Virus record (IMG/VR): IMGVR_UViG_3300021225_000305
Coordinates: 1-58,299 of that record
From: a virus
Taxonomy: Duplodnaviria; Caudoviricetes
Direction: 5' to 3' (one strand)
DNA length: 58,299 nucleotides
The notes beneath the pieces are model-generated. The model was not told the DNA's origin. It saw nothing but the letters and a program-made list of their open reading frames with translations, and did no database searches. The translations under genes were made by a program, and so were the position numbers. Positions 46,705 through 57,020 of this stretch are shown in pieces; within the stretch, counting starts at the first letter, position 1, and each line of letters starts with the position of its first letter.

Positions 46705-48204
46705 ATGGCTACTACATTACACTTTAACATAACCACTAAAAAGGTAAAGGTTGATCAGGACGTTTCTCAAAATCTGTATGGTATTATCACAGGGCCATCA
46801 GGTGTTGCTTTCGTTACAAAAAATTCAATAGGAAATGAATTGATTGATGATGATACGCAGTCGATTTATTTTAATTTACCTCTTGATACGTCAAGCAATA
46901 TTGTATATGGAACATATACTTTAAAATACGGAACTGAGGTTATTAATCCTAATGATCCTGAGACTTACACATCTGTATCTTTCACTTATTTAGGTGCTGA
47001 TACTTTAACCTCTTGTTTTGCAGTAGAGCATAATTGCGATTATTATCCAACAGGATTAATTACAGCTACAGATAGCACCTATTACGGAGATAATTCAGGA
47101 ACAGCAAAAAGTCCTGAGATCCTTTCTCGTACAATATCTTTATATTATCCAGATGGTTTAGTTAATCCAACACCTGCTGTTAATCCTGTTCAGGTAGAAC
47201 AAGATCCTATTACTACAGGAAGCTATGCATTAACTGTAGACACTCTCGCTACAGGAATGTGGACAGCTATCATGGATGTTCAATTGTTGTATACTCAAGA
47301 AGATAATTTAGTTATTGAATATCAATTAAAGAAAACATTAAATCACAATGTAGCTTGTGTAGGTCAATTATGTTCAATTAATGGATGTATTGACGGCATG
47401 ACTCAAGCATTTAATTCTGATGTTGCTTGTGGTGTTGCTACTCCTCGTTATGCGAAGCAATTGACTTTGATTAATGCCTACTACTCTCAATATCAAATGG
47501 AGAGAGCTTGTGGTAACACAGCTAAGGCTAATGAGTATTTAAACTTAATGAATGAGCTAGTTAGTGGCACATCTACTTGTAGTTGTTCTTCTGGATCTTG
47601 CTCAGGTTCTTGCGGATCTTCTTGCTCATGTGATTCATGCGGAGATGATAACACTCCACGTTGGATTAATACTCCTGGATCTACAACACAGTCTGTACTA
47701 GAGCAAATTCAAAGTGATATAACTAATATTAAACAGGATATAACTCAGTTGCAGGATGAAGATACTGATATCTGGAATGCAATTGAAGATATTCAAGGTG
47801 ATGTAACAATTATACAAAATAATATTACTACTATACAAGGTAATATTGATACTTTACAAGAAGATGTTGAAGCACTTCAACCTACATATAAAGTTTATAC
47901 TGCTTTGCTTTCAACTGTTGCTAATAATGCTCCTACTGCTGAAATACTTGAAAACAATATAGGATCTATTGTATGGACAAGAGTGGCTGAAGGATTTTAC
48001 CAAGCGACTTTATCAAATGCTTTTACATTAAATAAAACTTTTGTTTTAGTTGGTCCTTATGATATAAATAATGGAAATGTTTGGTTCGTTAAATATTCTT
48101 TACAATCCGTTAACTCTATTCTATTGTACTCTCTTGATGAAGGCGGTAATTTAGTTGATGGGTTGGGCAGCAATATTCCAATTGAAATTAGAGTTTATAA
48201 CTAA
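46705..48204 (+). CDS. Virion structural protein (collar/whisker-like) with Cys-rich linker and coiled coil
   Basis: Beta-rich N-part, CSCSSGSCSGSCGSSCSCDSC, Ile heptads and a C-terminal YKVYTALL domain. ATG at 46705. Confidence 0.6.
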   Translation: MATTLHFNITTKKVKVDQDVSQNLYGIITGPSGVAFVTKNSIGNELIDDDTQSIYFNLPLDTSSNIVYGTYTLKYGTEVINPNDPETYTSVSFTYLGADTLTSCFAVEHNCDYYPTGLITATDSTYYGDNSGTAKSPEILSRTISLYYPDGLVNPTPAVNPVQVEQDPITTGSYALTVDTLATGMWTAIMDVQLLYTQEDNLVIEYQLKKTLNHNVACVGQLCSINGCIDGMTQAFNSDVACGVATPRYAKQLTLINAYYSQYQMERACGNTAKANEYLNLMNELVSGTSTCSCSSGSCSGSCGSSCSCDSCGDDNTPRWINTPGSTTQSVLEQIQSDITNIKQDITQLQDEDTDIWNAIEDIQGDVTIIQNNITTIQGNIDTLQEDVEALQPTYKVYTALLSTVANNAPTAEILENNIGSIVWTRVAEGFYQATLSNAFTLNKTFVLVGPYDINNGNVWFVKYSLQSVNSILLYSLDEGGNLVDGLGSNIPIEIRVYN

Positions 48205-48210
48205 TAAAAT

Positions 48211-50293
48211 ATGACACTAGACGTAATATACGAACAACTTTATTTAAAGCTTGGTAAGGATGCCTATGGAAACGTAGTTACTCCTGATAGCTTTAATAAA
48301 GCTTTAAGTTATTCTAATATAGAAAAGCTTAATGATTTTCTTTCTGTTTTAGAACAAGATGAGGAAATGATTGATAACCTACGTCCTTTTGTTGTTACTC
48401 TTGGGGATAGCAACTCATCACCAATTTATTTAGATGAATATGGCTATGCAGTTCTTCCTTCAGATTATGTAAGATATGTTCAGAGTAGTCGTATGGATTA
48501 CACTAATAATGTAACAGGATCTACGGAAGTTTACAGGCATATTGAGATGTTAAGTAACAAAGAGTTCTCATATCGTCTTAGCACTTCTCTTTACTCTCCA
48601 ACATTAAGTAGACCAATTGCTACAATCCAAAACGAAAAATTGTTAGTTAGACCTAAAGGAATTAATGATATTAGTTTTACTTACATTAGAATGCCATTAA
48701 CTCCTAATTACGATTACGATTTTAGCGATACAACATTTCTTCCTGTATATCTTCCTCCAGGAACTGATCACGGATCTATTCCAGGGACAACAGTAAGACC
48801 TGGTTTTACTGCTGGAGATCCAAGTGAGAGTGTTGAATTAGAATGGACAGAAGATGTTCATCCTGATTTTATCAATGTAATGTATAAATTCTTTGCTATT
48901 AATCTTAAAGATTTAACTAGCTTACAGACTATAGAAATTGAAAAAGGTAAACCATAATGACTAAGAGAGACCTGATAGATTTAATACAAGAGCGTTTAGC
49001 TAGTGGTGATGTTCCTAATGATATTATGGGGCGTTACAAGTATCAGACAGTGTCTGCTCTTGTTGCCATTGTATATCAAGAGGCTGCAACAGCTGACAAC
49101 TCAGTACTCGGCACAATGGTATTGCCATACGATTTAGCTGTAACGTGTGAGAACGGGAAGTATATTAGTATGCTTACTGCAGCTCCTGCATACGGTCCAA
49201 TGAGCGTTAAGTATGCTACAGATTCTTGCGGTAATACTTATTACTCTCGTCAAAGTGATGACCAAAATTTATTCTTAAGTAGAATTAAGAATATGTCGAA
49301 GCCTGAGTTCTATGTTCGGGGCAAAAAATTGATCTGGACGTGCAACCCAAACTTTGATACAACTACAGTTTACATGGTTCCTAACTTTTTGGACATGGAT
49401 GATAACGAGGAGGCAGTAATGCCTAGTTCTATCTCTGCTATTTTAACTCGTGTTATTGAATTAGTAAGAGCTACTGATACTCGCCCTGAAGAAGTTATCA
49501 ATAACTCAAGTGAAGACAATACTCCTAAACAAACTAATTACGCTCAATAATGGAAGGTACTCCTGTAAAAAATATAGAATACGTAATTCAATCAGCTCTT
49601 AACCGTGTGAAGGGACAAACTACTGAGATCCCTCGTTTAGAGCAGATCGGTATAGAATGGATGAGTGAAGTTGTTAGAGGAACTACAGCGTTCCCTTGCC
49701 TTAAGGTTGCACACTTAGATATTAACTCGGTTAATCAAGTTGCCCTTCCTCCTGACATCATGCGATACACAAAGATCGCTCTTGATTACGGTGGGCGTTT
49801 GTGGACATTGGGATTGGATCCAAATATGTCTCTCCCTACAGATATGCAGGCTTGCGATAGTATTCCTCAAGCGAGTGCTACAGATATTCAAACAGGGGTG
49901 TACTTTATTGACCACTCATGGAACGGGGTTTACTTCCCAGCTCTTTTTGCAGCAGGTGGTGGTTTTAACCAAGCTTACTACAGAGTAGATCCAACAAATA
50001 CTTTTATACAATTAAGTAATGATATCCGAGGTGGTAAGATTGTTTTAGAGTATTTAAGCACAGGTGCTGATATTAACTCTCAGACTCTTGTCCCTCACTA
50101 CTATATTGAGCCAATGAGAAATTATATCATTTGGCAATTAGCAGAGTTTGAGCCACAGAAATATCCTGTGAATGCTCAGAACAGAGAGAGAATTTATACT
50201 GAATCCATGGCAGATGCAGCGATGTCTCAAGGTAATACTATTGATGAATTACTTGACGCATACTACTCAGCTCCTGGATTAAAACTACGATAA
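48211..50293 (+). CDS. Three tail ring/adaptor-like proteins (48211-48957, 48957-49550, 49550-50293)
   Basis: Coupled by TAATG overlaps; LP.DY, Y.R.P..P, VALPPD..RYTK and I.LEY.S.G motifs; position before the muzzle gene as in crAss-like phages. Confidence 0.65.
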
Positions 50294-50296
50294 AAT

Positions 50297-53200
50297 ATGT
50301 ACTCACAGTCAAACTTTTTTTACGGAGGTATAAACACCGATGATGAGGATCGCTTAATCCCAAATACAGATTTTAGAGATGCTTTATACTCTAGAAACTA
50401 TGGGATTAATACCTCTGATGAGGGGGCTTTACAGTCAATGACAGGAAACCTATTAAGAACCAATAGCAATCTGCCAAGTGGTATTAATATCGTTATTGGA
50501 GCTTGTGAAGATACTGAGGGGAAAGAGGCAAGTACAAGTGGTAACTTGATTTTATTTGTGTGGAATGATTTTAATAATCACACAATTTGGAGATACAGCA
50601 CTCAAGATTTAACTTACACAAAAATACTTGAGAGTTCTGTTCTTAATTTCAAATTAGATTATCCTATTTATCATGCAGCAGTTGTTAATAACTTGCTGTA
50701 TTGGACAGATAATTATTTCAACTCTTATGAGGATAACGATTTTAATCCTCCGCGTAAGATAAACATTGAGAAGGCTATTCTTTATACTGAGTCAGGTGGG
50801 ACAGATCCTAATGGATATTCAGAAATAACATTTGATAATTTAGACTGGATTAAACATCCTCCTTTATTCTCTCCTGATCCTGTATACTTTACAGACACTA
50901 CAGAGACTGCCAATAACTTAAAGAATAAGTTGTTTCAATTCCGTTATCAATATATTTACGATGATAATGAGGAGTCCGCATGGTCTCCGATATCAATCAT
51001 GGCACTGCCTCCAAGTGGAGAGTATATCTCTCAAACGGTAAATATTGATCCATCCGTAGATAACAGCATTAACGTGTCTTTGAATACGGGATCATCTATA
51101 GCTCGCCTTATTCGAGTGGCGTATCGTATTGGGAATACAGGCGAGTTTTTCTTATACAAAGAGTACGATAAATTAGAAGAAGGGTGGGCTGATAATACCA
51201 CGGAAACCATTACATTTAAAAACGAGACGTCAGGACCTGCAATAAGCAACTTTGAAAGAAACTACGACCTAATACCTCAAGTTGCAAAAGCAATTGAATA
51301 TTTGCCATCTAATCAGTTTGCAATAGCTAATTATGTTGAAGGTTATGATAAGATAGAAGTAACTAATAGCGATTTCCAATTTACCATTGACAGATATGAA
51401 ATTGATAATACGGCATTTACAGCTCCATTAGCTGATTTTATGAATGTGTTTATATCAGTTGGATATAGATCTCAAGTTATCAGCTTGTGTAATTATGGAG
51501 GAGATGAATTTGTTAAATATAGATTTGAACCTGGCGATACAATTATTATTCAGTTAAAAGATTTAGATTCTACATTAAATAATACAGTTATCCCTGATAC
51601 GGCTTTGACATTTGTAGTCCCTGAAATTGATGGAACAATTTACACTACAGACTTACTCAAAATAGCTAGGTTGAATGAATTGTTAATTGAATTTTTAGGA
51701 GAAAATGGAGTAAATGCTTTAACAGTCCCTGCTGGAACAATAACTATTGGAAGTAATATTATTTCATGGGACACTCTTCAGATGACTTCAAAAACATGGT
51801 TCAATCAAACAGAACAACAATTAGACACATCTAATACTAACTCTTACTTTTCAAAAATAACTGTATTACGTAATAATAAAGCCGTAAGGACATTTAAAAC
51901 TGGGGCCACTCATGAGTTTGCTATTCAATATTACGACAGGGCAAATAGAGACGGAACTGCTATATTGATACCTGCTGGAGAAGTTTATAATCCTTTTAAT
52001 ACAGATCTTTCAAATAACAATCTAAATAATAATTTAGGGTTTAATAGACAGCCTTATTATACTAAAATGTTATTGGAAATTGCTAGCGATTTTCAACCGC
52101 CAGTATGGGCAACAAATTATCAAATATTATATAAGCCTTCAACTAATATTGCTAATTTTCAACAAAGATCTGTAAAATCAATCATATACAATCCTGATAA
52201 TACAATTTCTTTAACTTTAGAAGATTATTACAAATCTGATTCAGGAAGTCAGTATATAGGTGCCACAATAAATCAAACGCCATCAAAAGGCGATTTAGTA
52301 AGATTTGTTAGAAAAAGAGCTTTATTTGAAGAAGAGAATAAAGATGTTCTTCGAACAATTGGAAATAATGAAATTACAACTAGTCTATACACTTCTTCCT
52401 CATACAATTTTGATTTAGCTACTTATCTTACTGAAGTATTTGATCCTGGATCTGACTTTAATCCAACAACAGGTGTTTATACAGTTCCGTCAACAGGGTT
52501 ATATAATATGAGTGTTTTAGGAGATATACGACTATCTTGGGAAGATGGATTTGCGGATCCTAATTCGGTTGATTTAATTGTTCGTTATACTATAAATGGA
52601 GGATCTTTTAATAACATAGGATATCCTAATGGATTTGGATTCCCAAATTCTCCATTAACATTTTCATTGAATAATTATTCAAATAGTATATTATTAAATG
52701 CAGGAGATCAAATTCAATTTTATATTTTCGTTTCATTATTACCTTCAGGTCCAACATATTCACCAACGGCAACAGTTGACATAACAGGTTTGCAAATTAA
52801 TGTATTAAATGGATTTGTTGATTATAGTGACTACAATTATTATCCTGAATATGTTACGGATAATATTAATAAAATACAAGAATTAAACGTAATGCTTTAC
52901 GATCCAGCAGGAGGTCCTAATGGAGAAGAAATGATTACGGTAAATTATTTTGATTCTAATTTGTTAGGAAATTATTTACAGTACACTGGCACTAATCCAA
53001 ATAGATCTTTAGTAAGTGGAGGTTTTCAAATAGAAATATACACTCCTAAAAAACAAAGTGAAAATGATCCTTGGTTTGAAACAGGAATAGAGTTCCCTGT
53101 GTTAAATCCTCACAAAGCAAATCGTGTACATGGTGGTAATATAAACCAAGTATTAAATATAACTAATGCTGAGTTGAATCTTGATTGCGGAGATGTTTAT

Positions 53201-54751
53201 ATTCGTCAAAGAATCATGTCAACAGGTTATGCTTATACTGGTGATTTAGATAATATAGGAGATGCTAATGATAATTTAGGAGCTTGGTTTTGCGAAGATC
53301 CTCACTACTCTGACTACTATATTTCCAATTGGAATAACAAAGGTCGCATAGCGTTATACTCTCCATTTGCCAAGAGACAATTGTTAAAATCGTCTGTATA
53401 CCACACTAATGCCTTTATTGATAACACTCAGGTTAATGGATTAAGCCGCGTTGAGTTCTTTAATAACGTAGCCTTAAAAGAGGAGCATGGAGGCATTAAT
53501 AAATTGATTCAGTTAGGAGATGTATTAAAAGCTTTCCAAGACAGAAAGATCACCTCAATATATGTTCAAAAGGCATTTGCTCTTAATGGAGACGGAACTA
53601 ATAATGTCATTCTTTCTGATAAGACATTTGCAGGTGTACGTCCTCATGATGATGACTATGGATCTATACACTCAGGTTCTATTTCTCGTGTAGAGAATAC
53701 AGTGTTCTTCTACGACTATTACAATTCAGCATTTGGAGTTGTTACTACAGGCGGTATTGTAAATATTTGTGAGCAAGATAAGAAATTCTCTAAAGGAGTT
53801 CGTGACCTTACGGCAAGAGTGAATAATGTTTATGGAGGATATAATAATGCCAACATTTGGTCTCATATTAATCGTAATAATAATGAGTACACTTTTTATG
53901 TAAGTGATAAGGTGTCTAGTAATATACCAGATAGAAACGAAATACCTATTGCTCGTTTTGCTGCTCCAAATCTTATTTTCATAACAGGTAATTACACAGG
54001 AACTTTTGCGCCAGGAATGCAAATATTTATTGAAGGTTCACCTAATGAGGAGAATAACGGTTCTTTTATAACAGGTAGTGATAGATATTTATCGGGATCA
54101 AATGAAACTGAAATACAAATACCTATAGTGCCAGGTTTTGTTACGGAAAATTGTAAAGATGTATTTTTGTATTATTACGATTCTTTTGTTGAAAGCGCAG
54201 GAGAAGGGCTATCATACTCATATGAAAGAAACAGATGGATTACTCGTCTTAATCATGGTGTTTCATTTGCAACTCAACTAGGTAGCAGAGCTTATTCTAC
54301 AGGTGGTGGAAATATATTTGATTTTGGAGAGTTGTTTGAAGAAAATTACGGTGGAGAATTAACATTCTTAGGCACTCCGAGGACACAACAATTATATTTT
54401 GTTTTCAACGATAACCCTACAGTTGTTAAAAGATTTTACACTCATTTACAACAAGCTAATTATCCGTTCTATGTTGAGGTATCTGTTCCAGGAAATCAAA
54501 CTTATCCTAATGGAATGGTGAGTGATATTCCTCAGGCGGTTCTAAAAAACCAAGAAGGATATTATGTCTCTCGTTATTTTAGAGACTTACAAGATCCTGC
54601 ATTTACCTCTCCATTAGAAGCGAGAATGAATGGTAGAGAGCTTAGAGGTTATGTCTTGAAACACGTTTTAACAAACTCCGATACGTCTGTAAAGAAGATA
54701 CTTATGAATGTAGGTGTTAACTTCGCAGCATCAGAACCAATAATACAGTAA
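50297..54751 (+). CDS. Tail stabilisation/muzzle protein (P22 gp10-like position)
   Basis: 1484 aa; GG.N.DD..RLIP..D.R.A, LYWTD...PPRKINI, FQFRY.Y.Y.D.E.S..SP.S motifs; beta-rich. Confidence 0.75.
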   Translation: MYSQSNFFYGGINTDDEDRLIPNTDFRDALYSRNYGINTSDEGALQSMTGNLLRTNSNLPSGINIVIGACEDTEGKEASTSGNLILFVWNDFNNHTIWRYSTQDLTYTKILESSVLNFKLDYPIYHAAVVNNLLYWTDNYFNSYEDNDFNPPRKINIEKAILYTESGGTDPNGYSEITFDNLDWIKHPPLFSPDPVYFTDTTETANNLKNKLFQFRYQYIYDDNEESAWSPISIMALPPSGEYISQTVNIDPSVDNSINVSLNTGSSIARLIRVAYRIGNTGEFFLYKEYDKLEEGWADNTTETITFKNETSGPAISNFERNYDLIPQVAKAIEYLPSNQFAIANYVEGYDKIEVTNSDFQFTIDRYEIDNTAFTAPLADFMNVFISVGYRSQVISLCNYGGDEFVKYRFEPGDTIIIQLKDLDSTLNNTVIPDTALTFVVPEIDGTIYTTDLLKIARLNELLIEFLGENGVNALTVPAGTITIGSNIISWDTLQMTSKTWFNQTEQQLDTSNTNSYFSKITVLRNNKAVRTFKTGATHEFAIQYYDRANRDGTAILIPAGEVYNPFNTDLSNNNLNNNLGFNRQPYYTKMLLEIASDFQPPVWATNYQILYKPSTNIANFQQRSVKSIIYNPDNTISLTLEDYYKSDSGSQYIGATINQTPSKGDLVRFVRKRALFEEENKDVLRTIGNNEITTSLYTSSSYNFDLATYLTEVFDPGSDFNPTTGVYTVPSTGLYNMSVLGDIRLSWEDGFADPNSVDLIVRYTINGGSFNNIGYPNGFGFPNSPLTFSLNNYSNSILLNAGDQIQFYIFVSLLPSGPTYSPTATVDITGLQINVLNGFVDYSDYNYYPEYVTDNINKIQELNVMLYDPAGGPNGEEMITVNYFDSNLLGNYLQYTGTNPNRSLVSGGFQIEIYTPKKQSENDPWFETGIEFPVLNPHKANRVHGGNINQVLNITNAELNLDCGDVYIRQRIMSTGYAYTGDLDNIGDANDNLGAWFCEDPHYSDYYISNWNNKGRIALYSPFAKRQLLKSSVYHTNAFIDNTQVNGLSRVEFFNNVALKEEHGGINKLIQLGDVLKAFQDRKITSIYVQKAFALNGDGTNNVILSDKTFAGVRPHDDDYGSIHSGSISRVENTVFFYDYYNSAFGVVTTGGIVNICEQDKKFSKGVRDLTARVNNVYGGYNNANIWSHINRNNNEYTFYVSDKVSSNIPDRNEIPIARFAAPNLIFITGNYTGTFAPGMQIFIEGSPNEENNGSFITGSDRYLSGSNETEIQIPIVPGFVTENCKDVFLYYYDSFVESAGEGLSYSYERNRWITRLNHGVSFATQLGSRAYSTGGGNIFDFGELFEENYGGELTFLGTPRTQQLYFVFNDNPTVVKRFYTHLQQANYPFYVEVSVPGNQTYPNGMVSDIPQAVLKNQEGYYVSRYFRDLQDPAFTSPLEARMNGRELRGYVLKHVLTNSDTSVKKILMNVGVNFAASEPIIQ

Positions 54752-54787
54752 TTTTTTTGTATATTTGAACTTTAAATTTATATTGAC

Positions 54788-55477
54788 ATGATCAGTTTAG
54801 CAGCATTAGGAGCAATACAAGCGGCAGGCCAGATAGGCTATGGTCTATATCAACAAAAGCAAGCTAAGGATCTTCAGAAGAAACTTGGTCCTCAGCCTAC
54901 GTATGATTTTGACTACGCTAAAAGAGGAGTTGCAGGACAGTTAAACCTTGCTCAAGGCGAGATGCCTGGTGTTACTCAACAGTTACAGGGCGTTAATCAG
55001 AACGTGGCAAACACTACTCAAAACATTCAGAACATGGCCCCTTCAGGTGCGGCAGGTCTTGGTGCTTTAGTTGGTGTTAATGCTAACGCTAATCAATCAT
55101 ACGCAGATATTATTGGTCAGGGTGCTATGATGAAGCAAGGTCTTCTCCAAAACTATTTGCAGGGTGTTGGTGGGCTTCAGGGATACGCAGATAAGGCTTA
55201 TGAAACAAATAAACTATCTCCATATCTTCAACAAAGAGAACAAATACTACAACTACAAGGAGCAGGAACTCAAAACATCGGAGGTGGTATAGCCTCAGGT
55301 TTTGATACTATTGGATCTTCTATTGCCGCTAATTCTGTAGGTGACTTGACCTCACAGGCAGTAAGTCTTAGAAGTTTAAATCTTAGTGCAGATGCTGTTA
55401 AGGCCGCTGTAGCTGGATTATCTCCAGATGATGCAACATACAAATTATATAAAACATCTTACCCTCAATATTTCTAA
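54788..55477 (+). CDS. Putative DNA ejection/pilot protein
   Basis: Gly/Ala/Gln-rich with a hydrophobic N-terminus; follows the tail genes. Confidence 0.55.
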   Translation: MISLAALGAIQAAGQIGYGLYQQKQAKDLQKKLGPQPTYDFDYAKRGVAGQLNLAQGEMPGVTQQLQGVNQNVANTTQNIQNMAPSGAAGLGALVGVNANANQSYADIIGQGAMMKQGLLQNYLQGVGGLQGYADKAYETNKLSPYLQQREQILQLQGAGTQNIGGGIASGFDTIGSSIAANSVGDLTSQAVSLRSLNLSADAVKAAVAGLSPDDATYKLYKTSYPQYF

Positions 55478-55479
55478 TA

Positions 55480-56961
55480 ATGGCTTTAGAAACAAACGCT
55501 AGAATACCGAGTCCCTACGTATATCAACCTGTTGACTTTGGTGGTAAAATAGACGCTGAGGCTGCTAACAAAGCTGCTGCTTTAAAGGCAGGCATACAGG
55601 CTAAAAAGGATTTAAAGACAAAGAATGATGCTGCTCTCGCTGTAAAACCAACATGGACTGAAGAAACTGTTTTAAACAACACTATTGAGAATAAAGCAAA
55701 TCAAATCCGTGATACATATAGTAAGATGGCCGCAGCAGGTATTCCAATTTGGGATGCGACTACCCCAGAGGGATCGGCATTTGCTGAAGAGATTGCTGGC
55801 CTCAATAAATTCTCTAACGAGATGCAGGGTTATGAGCAGGATATGAGAGAAATAAAATCTATTAAAGGTGCTGACAATGATGCTTATAATTTCTATGTTA
55901 AACAAATAGGTGAAGCTAAAGTACCTGAAGATGTAGCCAAGGTTGTTACTTCTTACAGAGAGAATAAAGATCTTCTCGCTAAAGCTCCTGATAATAGAAA
56001 AGCAGTGGCTACTGTAGTTAATAGTGTTCCGTTAGATACAGAAATAACGGCAATAAAAACTGCTGCTTTAAATATGAAGCAGATCGATTTGAAAAAAGAA
56101 ATTCCAGATGATAAGTTGGAGCCTATTCTTCAAACAATAAAAAGCTCTCAAGAGGCTCAATTAGAAGAGAAATTGTTTGACTTTAAAAAAGAAAATGGGA
56201 TAGATGATCCCGAGTTTGCTAATTACAGCACATACGATGAATATCTTGCGGATAAGATAAGAACTCAAGTTGCTTTACGTGCTAATGTTGGTGTTCAAGC
56301 TAAAGGAAGCATGGTAATTAATGTTAATAATGCGGCAGGTGCTAATCAAACAAATACGGGTAACACAGCTATTTCAGGTCCTGGTAATGTTGGTTATCAA
56401 TTTAACAAAATAGGAGTTCCTGAAAATGTGGGTGGGGTAATAATGATGCCAATAGATGTTAGTGATGATGCTATTGCAAAGACTGGAGCTACAGTAGAAA
56501 ACCGTGCTGGGCAGAACTATGTTAAACTTGAAGACCTTTGGAGATTTGAAGATAAGGATAATCCGCACTCTAAAATTCAATTAGATTGGGTTTGGACAGA
56601 TAAGCAATCAAGAGATAAAACTTGGAAACCAGACCAAGGTAAATATTACACTGTAGATAACAAAGAGGTTGTTGGTAGACCAAGTAATATTATATGGGAC
56701 CAAGATGGAAACGGATGGGCAGCCATTGATCCAGGATCAGGTTCTACTGTAAAGGTTTTGATATATCCTAAATCTAAAGATGCTTATGGTAGTCAAACTG
56801 ACGTAACAAACAACTCTAAGCAAAACGCTAAACAGTTGTTAATTACTTTTGACGAAGCTACTCCAAAAGGCACATTAGGATCTGCTGCTATGAGTGATCC
56901 TTGGACTTCAGTAAATAATATATTTAATAGAAAAACTGGTTTGGTTACAGATTTTCCATAA
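55480..56961 (+). CDS. Putative internal virion (ejection) protein
   Basis: 493 aa, helical N-half with a YQPVDF motif; position among cargo genes. Confidence 0.5.
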   Translation: MALETNARIPSPYVYQPVDFGGKIDAEAANKAAALKAGIQAKKDLKTKNDAALAVKPTWTEETVLNNTIENKANQIRDTYSKMAAAGIPIWDATTPEGSAFAEEIAGLNKFSNEMQGYEQDMREIKSIKGADNDAYNFYVKQIGEAKVPEDVAKVVTSYRENKDLLAKAPDNRKAVATVVNSVPLDTEITAIKTAALNMKQIDLKKEIPDDKLEPILQTIKSSQEAQLEEKLFDFKKENGIDDPEFANYSTYDEYLADKIRTQVALRANVGVQAKGSMVINVNNAAGANQTNTGNTAISGPGNVGYQFNKIGVPENVGGVIMMPIDVSDDAIAKTGATVENRAGQNYVKLEDLWRFEDKDNPHSKIQLDWVWTDKQSRDKTWKPDQGKYYTVDNKEVVGRPSNIIWDQDGNGWAAIDPGSGSTVKVLIYPKSKDAYGSQTDVTNNSKQNAKQLLITFDEATPKGTLGSAAMSDPWTSVNNIFNRKTGLVTDFP

Positions 56962-57020
56962 GCTGTAAAACATAGAGTTTTCTTATTATCTTTGTTGAAC
57001 TATAAAAAATATTCCTAATA

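Noticed and set aside
95-56580. Numerous antisense or alternate-frame ORFs overlapping long genes (e.g. 9195-9845, 41639-41992, 95-469)
   Set aside because: Shadow ORFs of well-supported genes with no independent motifs or start signals.
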